From Octopus sinensis (Eukaryota), in NCBI RefSeq assembly GCF_006345805.1, contig NC_043013.1:12524001-12588000 (forward strand): a stretch of DNA of 64,000 nucleotides. The letters are read 5' to 3'. This document shows, in pieces, positions 54,770 through 64,000 of the stretch. A program made the position numbers and the translations under genes. The notes beneath the pieces were generated by a model, which saw nothing but the letters and a program-made list of their open reading frames with translations, had not been told where the DNA came from and did no database searches. Each line of letters opens with the position of its first letter. Position 1 is the stretch's first letter.

Positions 54770-55274
54770 CTTGTTATGTCCTATGTAATTATGTATATTA
54801 AATGAAAACATACAATACATCATTATACCATACCTACATGCATACATACATACATAACATACATACATACATACTACATACATACATACATACACACACA
54901 CACATACATACATACACACTTACATACATAAATATATACATACATGTATGCATGCATTCATACATATATGGATATACATGTCACCAACAGTAAACAACAT
55001 GAAATACGAAAGCAAATGAGTTCTATGCGCAAACAGCGAGAGAAACAAATGGAAAACAGGACAAATAACATAAAGAGCCACCCTTTATTAGTCGTCTGCT
55101 TTCTGCTACTCTAGCTACTCTCATTTCGAGCATATATATGTGTGTGTGTGTATGTATAATATATTTATGTATATATATATATATATATAATATATATATA
55201 TATATATAATATATATATATATATAGATATATATATTAGATAGATAGATTAGATAGATTATAGATAGATAGATT

Positions 55275-55309
<35 letters not shown>

Positions 55310-55322
55310 CGTCACGTATGTA

Positions 55323-55353
<31 letters not shown>

Positions 55354-55856
55354 ATATATATATATATATATATGCACACGTTTATGCATACATATATACC
55401 ATATACATACATATTATAGATTAACGACTGTTATATGTATGCGTGTGTGTCTGTAGACGTGTGTATTGAGTGGCTTGCTTCAAGCGTAACGGGCAAAGTT
55501 GTTTAATCAGTAAAATGGCGGATAAGTCGTTAAATGGTCTGGATGCTATCAGTTTATATTGACGATATGAGAAATCGGAAGGGTCACATCGAGGAAAGTC
55601 ACGGTTACTTGTTTAGAGTTAGGGGCGAAATACAAGAGCTTCCATGTTTTAAGGACATACAACTTGAAGGCCACGGACTAGCTGATTGGCTTAAAGTACA
55701 AAGGTATCGGTATGAAGTTCAAAGCCGTTTGAAGGCCTGCGAACAATGGACACTGGCCGGAGTCACCGCAGATCTACGGGCCCAATTCTAAAATCTGTGC
55801 ATGCTGGGGTTTGATATCAATAAATACTATAGAGCTCAGGGTCTATGATGATATTT

Positions 55857-56106
55857 GTGGAGGTGCATGGCTTAGTGGTTAGGGTGTTGGACTCATGATC
55901 GTAAGAGTGTGGTTTCGATTCATGGACCAGGCGACGCGTTGTGTTCTTCAGCAAAACACTTCATTCCATGTTGCTCCAGTCCACTCAGCTGGCAAAAATG
56001 AGTAATCTTGCGAGGGATCGGCGTTCGGTCCAGAGGCGGGGGGAATTTATAAGCCATGAAACCGAGAAACCGGCCATTATTAGTGGGCATAGCTCGAGAA
56101 GTAAAC
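55857..56106 (+). mobile_element. Family E-related tRNA-derived SINE with a different central domain
   Basis: Head GGAGGTGCATGGCTTAGTGGTTAGGG...TTCGATTC; centre GTGTTCTTCAGCAAAACACTT..TTGCTCCAGTCCACTCAGCTG; tail GGCATAGCTCGAGAAG shared with 37289-37591. Confidence 0.85.
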
Positions 56107-57064
56107 TTTACCTTTTTTGTTTGTTTTACCTATGATCGATGGTCCTGTTTGGATTGAGTTATTGCACAGCACTGGATCCTGTGAGTTTCGTGGTTACTCG
56201 TATTTGGCAGTAATTTGGAGAATATGTTGGAAGAAAAGGCAATAAGGATTTTAAAGTTTGGGTTTATACTGGGAAGAAATCAGTCGGTATGTGCGAGTAT
56301 GTGTGTGTGTGTGCGCGTGTGTGTGCGTGTGTGCGCGTGTGTATGAGGGTTTAGAGAAGGTGAGTGGGTACCAAACTTGAGTGCAAGCAGTTCAGAATGG
56401 CATGTGATTCGACCTCCGTATCAGCAGCGTCGGTGCGCAAAAGCCAGGAGGAGCTGTGCGTATTGATGTCACCGAGTATGATGACTTCAGAGAGATGTGA
56501 ACGAGATAGTGTAGTGATAGGAGCAGTTAAGTGTTGTGTAGGCTGGTGGGGTGGGGGGAGGAGGTAACAGATAAATTTAAGAGAAAGTAGGAGGAAGAAG
56601 AAAAGAGAAGAAGAAGAAGAAGGACTTTGTGCTGGAATAGCGGGAGATTATTGTTGCTCTTATCAAACAATACAAATTCACAACGCACGTACAGACACAT
56701 GCGTATAACCAAATACATACATACATACATACACAATCTGACTTCGATATACATACACACGCATGCAAGATAAACATGCACAAGTAACACACTCATAAAT
56801 TCAAAGAAATACACACACACACATTTACATACAATAGAAACACAGGCATACGCGTATACAGACGTAGCGAAGACGAATACATCTCCCTATATAAGACATA
56901 CACACATATGAGCATACGCATAGAATGGACGCGTTCACACAGAGCAAACACACGTTAATATATCAAGGAGATACGTATATACACACAAATATATATGTAT
57001 ATATGTATATATCTATATATATGTATATACATACATACATATATATGTATATATATAATATATC

Positions 57065-57096
<32 letters not shown>

Positions 57097-57119
57097 ATAT
57101 AAAAAAAGCGTTCGTAATA

Positions 57120-57560
57120 TTTTCTCTCGTTTGGCTTAACAGCCCTCAATGTCTGTGTTACCGTTATTCTCCTAATCCTATCTTTTACTGTTTATATTTT
57201 GTACTGTCTTTACTGTCCTGTTTTTGTTACGATTTTTACTCCTCCGCAAAAAAATCTCAAATTTTATTTAATTTGCTTTTGCGGGAAGGAATGTTTCAAT
57301 GGAGTCGTGTCTCGCCTTTACCTTCGAAACGCGGAGTAGATGAAACAGAGGCGACTGAAGAAGGGGAATTTTCCTTGTGTTGTATGTCTTGTACTCTATA
57401 TTTTCGTTGTTTGAGAAAAATGTCCATTTCCTTGGTTTTGTGATTATGTTTTCGTTTCTCATTGTGTTCGACGTTTTTTGGTGTCCTGTACCCATATATG
57501 CATGTATATATAACAAGTAGATGTAGGTACGTACATATATGTATGTATATATGCATATGT
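57120..57560 (+). mobile_element. Repeat family F copy
   Basis: CCTTCGAAACGCGGAGTAGATGAAACAGAGGCGACTGAAGAAGGGGA...GGTGTCCTGTAC.CATATATGC matches the reverse complement of 50116-50600. Confidence 0.75.
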
Positions 57561-57594
57561 TTTAATTATTAATTGTATATATATATATATATAT

Positions 57595-57630
<36 letters not shown>

Positions 57631-57634
57631 GTAC

Positions 57635-57842
57635 GACATGCTGGCAGAAAGGTTAGCACGCCGGGCAAATGTTTAGCGACATTTCATCTGTCTTCATGTT
57701 CTGAGTTCAAATTCTGCCGAGGTTGACTTTACCTTTCACCCTTCGGGGTCGATAAAATAAGTACCAGTTGTGGACTGGGGTCGAAGTAATCGACTTACTT
57801 CCTTCCCTGAAATTGATGGCCTTGTGCCAAAATTTGAAACCC
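57635..57842 (+). mobile_element. Family A SINE
   Basis: CTGGCAGAAAGGTTAGCACGCCGGGC...GAGTTCAAATTCTGCCGAGG...TTCGGGGTCGATAAAATAAGTACCAG...GGCCTTGTGCCAAAATTTGAAAC. Confidence 0.9.
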
Positions 57843-57877
57843 TTACACGCAGCATATATACACACACAAACACACAA

Positions 57878-57912
<35 letters not shown>

Positions 57913-58011
57913 AATGTAGGATAAAATTTTTTCGAAAAGAAATTTTATCAATGGCCACAACATATTAAAAAATACCGTTAAAGGTTAAAATTAAAACAAC
58001 TTATAAATAAG

Positions 58012-58095
58012 GGCAAACGAAAAAATTTCTAATGCCAAATATGCCGAAAATGTCCAATTTTCGGCATTTTTGGCATTAGAAATTTTTCGTTTGCC
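58012..58095. repeat. Near-perfect inverted repeat (40/39 bp arms, 5 nt loop)
   Basis: GGCAAACGAAAAAATTTCTAATGCCAAATATGCCGAAAAT-GTCCA-ATTTTCGGCATTTTTGGCATTAGAAATTTTTCGTTTGCC, with one T.T mismatch and one extra A. Confidence 0.95.
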
Positions 58096-58106
58096 TTCAT
58101 TTATCA

Positions 58107-58143
<37 letters not shown>

Positions 58144-58151
58144 CCATTTCT

Positions 58152-58537
58152 TCTCTAAGTACAAGGCCCAAAATTTTTAGGGAGGGCCAGTCGATTAGAT
58201 CGACCCCAGTACGCAAGTGGTACTTAATTTATCGATCCCGAAAGGATCAAAGGTAAAGTCGACCTCGGCAGAATTTGAACTCGGAAAGTAGACAAATGAA
58301 ATACCTATTTCTTTACTACCCACAAGGGGCTAAACACAGAGAGGACAAACAAGGACAGACAAACGGATTAAGAAGATTAAATCGACCCCAGTGCGTAACT
58401 GGTACTTAATTTATCGATCCCGAAAGGATGAAAGACAAAGTCGACCCCGGCGGAATTTGAACTCAGAACGTAACGGTAGACGAAATACGGCTACGCATTT
58501 CGCCCGGCGCGTGCTAACGTTTCTGCCAGCTCGCCGC
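58152..58537 (-). mobile_element. Two family A SINEs in tandem on the minus strand (58152-58290 partial, 58305-58537 full)
   Basis: Minus head GCGGCGAGCTGGCAGAAACGTTAGCACGCGCCGGGCGAAATGCG, B-box GTTCTGAGTTCAAATTCCG, CpGs retained. Confidence 0.92.
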
Positions 58538-58642
58538 TTACAAAAACACACAACACACACACACAACCACACACACACACCACGCACACACACACACACA
58601 CACGCACAACCCCACACACACACACACGCACCACGCACACAC

Positions 58643-58683
<41 letters not shown>

Positions 58684-58884
58684 CACACACACACGCACAC
58701 ACGCACACACACATGCACACATGCAATACAAGCGTCGAGTTACAAATGCTCAAGATACAACGCATGCACAAATAAACAAAACAAAGACAAGCTGATGCAA
58801 ATACAATGCACAAACTAACGCTGAAGTCTCTACATGGTTACTCGATCTGTTAGAAACAGTAGCCAAATCAGTAGCCTAGCCATT

Positions 58885-59002
58885 CCCACTGCGTGGCAAT
58901 TTGGGCAAATTTCTTCTACTATAGCCTCGGGCCGACCAAAGCCTTGTGAGTGGATTTGGTAGACGGAAACTGAAAGAAGCCCGTCGTATATATGTATATG
59001 TA

Positions 59003-59034
<32 letters not shown>

Positions 59035-59242
59035 CATGTGTTTGTGCGTCTGTGTTTGTCCTCCCAACATCGCTTGACAACCGATGGTGGTGTGTTTACG
59101 TCCCCGTAACTTAGCGGTTCGGCAAGATAGACCGATAGAATAAGTACTCGGCTTACAAAGAATAAGTCCTGGGGTCGATTTACTCGACTAAAGGCGGTGC
59201 CCCAGCATGGCCGCAGTCAAATGACTGAAACAAGTAAAGGAG
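58885..59242 (+). mobile_element. Family B SINE, near-complete body, CpG-retaining
   Basis: CCCACTGCGTGGCAATTTGGGCAA...CCTCGGGCCGACCAAAGCC...GGCGGTGCCCCAGCATGGCCGCAGTCAAATGACTGAAACAAGTAAAG(GA)n. Confidence 0.92.
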
Positions 59243-59262
59243 AGAGAGAGAGAGAGAAAGAA

Positions 59263-59310
<48 letters not shown>

Positions 59311-59886
59311 GTAAATCTCCCTCGGACAGCGTCGGCCTACTAAATAAGGAAAGAGTACACTGGAAATATGGTTTGAGGTAAAAAAAAAAAAGCTAGGTGG
59401 TCACAGTTGGAATGTCTCTGATCATATGTCTGCTTGATCAGGGTTCAGCCAAAAATTAAATAACAATAATAACAACAACAGTAGTGATGAAAAAACTTAA
59501 AATACGCGTGTGCATCTAACATATCCGCATACACACATACACTTATAAACAAGCATATTCATATATACACATACACACATATACATATACACACATATAC
59601 ACATTCACACACGCATACATATACATAATTTCCTCCCGCAAAACTTACACGTGCACTCATACATACACACAACTTAATTAACACACAAACGCACATGTAC
59701 GTCCACACATCCATTTACACGCACACATGCATATGTGTACACTCACATATTCACATACACGCATACATATATACACACATATAAACAATCACGACTAATA
59801 AGATCGCCCGAATTCACTTAAACGTATACACACACACACACATACACACTCACACACACTCACTCTCTCTCTCTCACACACACAAC

Positions 59887-59947
<61 letters not shown>

Positions 59948-60228
59948 GTATATGTATATAATATATATATATATATATATATAAATATATATATACACGT
60001 ATATGTATACACATATATGTTCAGATATATTTACAATACACAGACACATATGCAGACACGCACACATGCACACAAACACACACACACACATATATACATA
60101 TACACATATGTACACTGAGATGTGAATACATACGTGCACGTATTCACACACATAAACATTCATAACTCATAAATACACGTGCGTACGCACGTACAATGTA
60201 TGCATATACAGGCACACACATCATACAT

Positions 60229-60285
<57 letters not shown>

Positions 60286-60370
60286 TCATCATCAATCCAA
60301 ACACGAGGGGTCAAAAGTAAATGCTATATTTCATTATATGACATTTCTTAGGGGACGAGGAATCACTGAT

Positions 60371-61326
60371 GGGTGGTGGTGGTGTGGTGGTGGTGGTGGT
60401 GGTGGTGGTGGTGGTGGTGGTGGTAGTGGTGGTGGTGGTTGTGGCGGCGGCGGTGGTGGCGGCAGCTGCGGCGGTGGTGGCGGCAGCGGCGGCGGTGGCA
60501 GTAGTGGTTGTAGTAGTGGTAGTAATGGTGGTGGTGGTGGTGGTGGTGGTGGTGGTGGTGTTGAGATAGTGGGGGAGTTTATGATGGTGGTGGTATACTG
60601 ATGATAGTGAGTGTGCTAATGGAAAGTGAGGACGATGGCTATGATGGTGGTAGTGATGATGGTAATGATGGTGATAATAGTGGTGGTGGGTGGTGGTGGT
60701 GTTGTGGTGGTGGTGGTGGTGGTGGTGGTGGTGTGTGGTGGTGGTGGTGGTGGTTGTGTGGTTGTGGTGGTGGTGGTGGTGGTTGTGGTGGTGGTGGTTG
60801 TGTGGTGGTGGTTGTGGTGGTGGTGGTGGTGGTGGTGGTTGTGGTGGTGTGGTGGTGGTGGTGGTGGTGGTGGTGGTGGTGGTGGTGGTGGTGGTGGTGG
60901 TGGTGGTGTGGTTGTGGTGGTGGTGGTGGTGGTGGTGGTGGTTGTGGTGGTGGTGGTGGTGGTGGTGGTGGTTGGTGGTTGTTGGTGGTGGTGGTGGGTG
61001 GTGGTGGTGGTGGTTGTGGTGGTGGTGGGTGGTGGTGGTGGTGGTGGTGGTTGTGGTGGTGGTGGTGGTTGGTGGTGGTGGTGTGGGGGGTGTGGGTGTG
61101 GTGGTGTGGTGGGGGTGGTGGTTGTGGTGGTGGTGGTGGTGTGGTGGTGGGTGGTGGTGGTGGTGGTGGTGGTGGTGGTGGTGGTGGTGTGGTGGTGGTG
61201 GTGGTGGTGGTGGTGGTGGTGGTGGTGTGGTGGTGGGTGGTGGTGGTGGTGGTGGTGTTGGTGGTGGTGGTGGTGGTGGTGGTTGTGGTGGGGTGGTGGT
61301 GGTGGTGGTGGTGGTGGTGGTGGTGG
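60371..61326. repeat. Long G-rich (GGT)n trinucleotide array, ~950 bp, interrupted
   Basis: Direct reading. It is the source of the poly-Gly/Val/Trp and poly-His/Thr/Pro ORFs. Confidence 0.97.
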
Positions 61327-61892
61327 TTATATTGATGACGTTGATGACGATGCTGCTGCTACTACTGCTGCTGCTGATTATGATGACGGTGATGGTGATT
61401 ATGATGTTGATGAGGAGGCAGAGGGGAAAGAGGGAGAAATTTATGATGATGATGTTGATGGTGACGGAGATGAACACGATGGCGATGACGATAATGGCGG
61501 TGATGTTGATGAGGAGTATGGGTATGACGACGACGGCTTTAGGTTGAGGTACGAGCAAGTAATATGTAGTGTGTGTGGGAGGTGGCTGGGGAATAAAGTA
61601 AAGGTAGTAAGAGATATTAGGGAGCAAGGGGCAGGCTAGGAGCCCAAAATAATTTATCTTGTTTGGCAGATGGTATGGGTTGTGGCGTGGTGAGAGGCGG
61701 TGAGGTGTGGTTTCTATTGATTGTGGTTATGGTCAAGGCGATGATGACGATGATGATGATGATAATGAAGAGAAAGATGAAGAAGATGATGATGAAGGCA
61801 ATGATGAAGAAGACAGTGATGAAAAGGAGGAGGATTATGATGAAAGTGAGGTAGTGATGGTCATTAAGGTAATAGTAATATTGTGACAGTCG

Positions 61893-61955
<63 letters not shown>

Positions 61956-61980
61956 CGACGATGACGACGACGACGACGAC

Positions 61981-62020
<40 letters not shown>

Positions 62021-62054
62021 GCGATGACGGTTATGATTGTGTTGGCTATGATAA

Positions 62055-62238
62055 TAGTAAAAATCCTTTCTCCAATAGGTCCGAAATTTGGGAGGAGAGG
62101 GAAAAGGAATCACATTGACCCCAGGTACTTGACTTGTACTTATTTTATCGACCTCGGCGGAATTTGAACTCATATTGTAAAGACAGATGAAAGCCACTAA
62201 GCATTTCGCCCGGCGTGCTAATGATTCTACCAGCTCAC
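62055..62238 (-). mobile_element. Family A SINE with internal deletion
   Basis: ...TTTTATCGACCTCGGCGGAATTTGAACTCA...GCATTTCGCCCGGCGTGCTAATGATTCTACCAGCTCAC. Confidence 0.85.
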
Positions 62239-62251
62239 GACCACCGCCTAA

Positions 62252-62957
62252 CCGGAAACGGAAGCTCTAGTCTGTGCTGCCCAAGAGCAAGCACAAAGGA
62301 CAGACTACATAAAATATAGAATAGACAACACAGCAGAAAGTAATAAGTGCAGAATCTGTGGACAAAATGGTGAAACCGTATGGCATATTACCAACCAATA
62401 TACGCCACTAGCCCAGAAGGAATATAAGAGACGCCACGACAAATATAGCCAGGCTTGTCCATTGGACACTCTGCAACAAGTATGGACTTGACAGAGCAAA
62501 AAATTGGTACGACCACAAACCTGAAGGCATTGTCGAAAATAGAAATGCAAAGATCCTATGGGATTTTATGATTTAGTGCGATAGAGGATAGGAAGCCGGA
62601 CAGAAAGAAAACAAACTATGCTGGATCATAGATATAGCATGCCCATCTAACAACAAGGTATGTGATAAGGAAGAAAGAAAAGTCGAGAGATATGACAGGT
62701 TATCTTGGGAAGTTAAGCAGTTGTGGTCGATGAAAAAAGTAGCAGTAGTACCAAGAATTGTGGGAGCCCTTGGAACAGTGATTAAAAATCTCAAAAAAGT
62801 ACGTGGAACAAATAGGAGCTGCAATAAGGGTGGAGCGATTGCAGAAAACAGCACTGCTTGGAACCGCTCGAATACTCCGGAAGGTGCTTGAAAAATAAGA
62901 GGTGTTACCTTTAGTTCACTGGTAGTACATCTCCAGCGTCAGAAGCTGTGCAAAGGC
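62252..62957 (+). pseudogene. R4/Dong-type RLE LINE 3' end (coding remnant 62252-62898, short 3' UTR, (AAT)n tail)
   Basis: PETEALVCAAQEQA..YRIDNTAESNKCRICGQNGETVWHI..LAQKEYKRRHD, LVHWTLCNKYG..WYDHKPEGIVEN..KILWDF, WIIDIACP, VPRIVGALGTV, LQKTALLGTARILRKVLEK*; several stops and frameshifts. Confidence 0.93.
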
Positions 62958-62988
62958 AATAATAACAGTAATAATAATAATAATAATG

Positions 62989-63052
<64 letters not shown>

Positions 63053-63053
<1 letters not shown>

Positions 63054-63288
63054 TATTCAGGGACCTTTTGAGCGGGATGGGTTACTCGATCTGAAGAAAA
63101 TTCTAACTGGGCTCCACCTGCAAGGTCATGTGCTGCTTATCTTGATATGAGATCACCATGTCGCGCACATATGGTTGTGATGCATGTGCCTGGTGTACCC
63201 TTATCAGACGGGTAGTCATGATGGGTATACTGGGCTTCGTATATTTTACCCCAGTGTCACTTTGATGGCATGCTCTGCTCGCTCACTC

Positions 63289-63289
<1 letters not shown>
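63053..63289 (+). mobile_element. Family C element, 5'-truncated, between (AAT)n tracts
   Basis: Reverse complement of 24138-24375, ending ...GCTCACTC(AAT)n. Confidence 0.9.
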
Positions 63290-63320
<31 letters not shown>

Positions 63321-63374
63321 CAACAACAACAACAACAACAACAACGACGACGACGACAACGACGACGACGACGA

Positions 63375-63720
63375 CGATGATGATGATGATATCAGTAAAT
63401 ATCAGTAAAGGAATTTTACAAATTAAGTAAATACAAAATATATGGAATCTTAAAGCGAGAACTGTTCCTGTTATCGTGGGTGCCCTAGGTATGATAAGAA
63501 AAGGATGTCAGAAATATCTACATAACATCCCAGGAGAATCATGTGTCAGAGATATCCAAAAAATTGTGTTGTATTACATGAAGATATTTCCCTACTGTTT
63601 CTGCCACTTCCCCTCTCAAAGCTTTCAGTCATTAGAACATCTTTATCCTTCATTCGCCCTTGGACGCTGGGTGTGTCTCGGCGAGTGATTATAACAAATA
63701 TACGGATTATTAAAAGTAAA
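63375..63720 (+). pseudogene. Second RLE LINE 3' fragment with (TAA)n tail
   Basis: IWNLKARTVPVIVGALGMIRKGCQKYLHNIPGESCVRDIQKIV, then UTR-like sequence and (TAA)n. Confidence 0.8.
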
Positions 63721-63734
63721 TAATAATAATAATA

Positions 63735-63779
<45 letters not shown>

Positions 63780-63876
63780 GAAGAGAAGAAGAAGAAGAAG
63801 AAGAAGAAGAAGAAGAAGAAGAACAAGAACAAGAACAAGAAGAGCAACAACAACAACAACAACAACAACAATAATG

Positions 63877-63924
<48 letters not shown>

Positions 63925-63925
<1 letters not shown>

Positions 63926-64000
63926 GGGTTTCAAACTTTGGCACAAAGCCATCATTTTCGGAAGAGGGGCTGAGTCGATTACATCGACCCTAGTGTTCTA
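63925..64000 (-). mobile_element. Family A SINE tail, cut by the window edge
   Basis: GGTTTCAAACTTTGGCACAAAGCC...GTCGATTACATCGACCC. Confidence 0.75.

Noticed and set aside
55857-55935. tRNA-like sequences here and at 37520-37591 and 51859-51930
   Set aside because: A/B boxes are present but the acceptor stems do not pair and the sequences continue into SINE bodies.
60311-61639. Long ORFs of 244-438 aa (poly-His/Thr/Pro, poly-Gly/Val/Trp)
   Set aside because: Stop-free readings of (GGT)n in several frames on both strands, with no splice or domain evidence.

Overview
AT-rich, microsatellite-dense, repeat-dominated animal DNA. The SINE families and composition look like Octopus (recalled resemblance, not searched). 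I can support no intact protein-coding gene, tRNA, rRNA or CRISPR array, and almost all listed ORFs are read-throughs of simple repeats. Contents: several tRNA-derived SINE families in many copies; a decayed Penelope-like element (RT plus GIY-YIG, about 44.3-46.1 kb); three fragments of R4/Dong-type RLE LINEs; a non-coding ~560 bp element that inserts in (AAT)n; a Tc1 transposase fragment; Tc1/mariner and piggyBac-type MITEs; two near-perfect tandem duplications (~1080 and ~765 bp); and a 100-N gap. Most notable: a near-canonical type I hammerhead ribozyme motif at 22.6 kb; a shift from CpG-eroded to CpG-retaining repeat copies around 45-47.5 kb, suggesting a methylated gene body to the left and a possible promoter near 47.5 kb; same-polarity stacking of RLE LINEs and a putative non-autonomous partner in (AAT)n tracts; and a near-perfect ~40 bp palindrome nested between inverted SINEs at 58 kb. 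Coordinates of decayed repeats are approximate.
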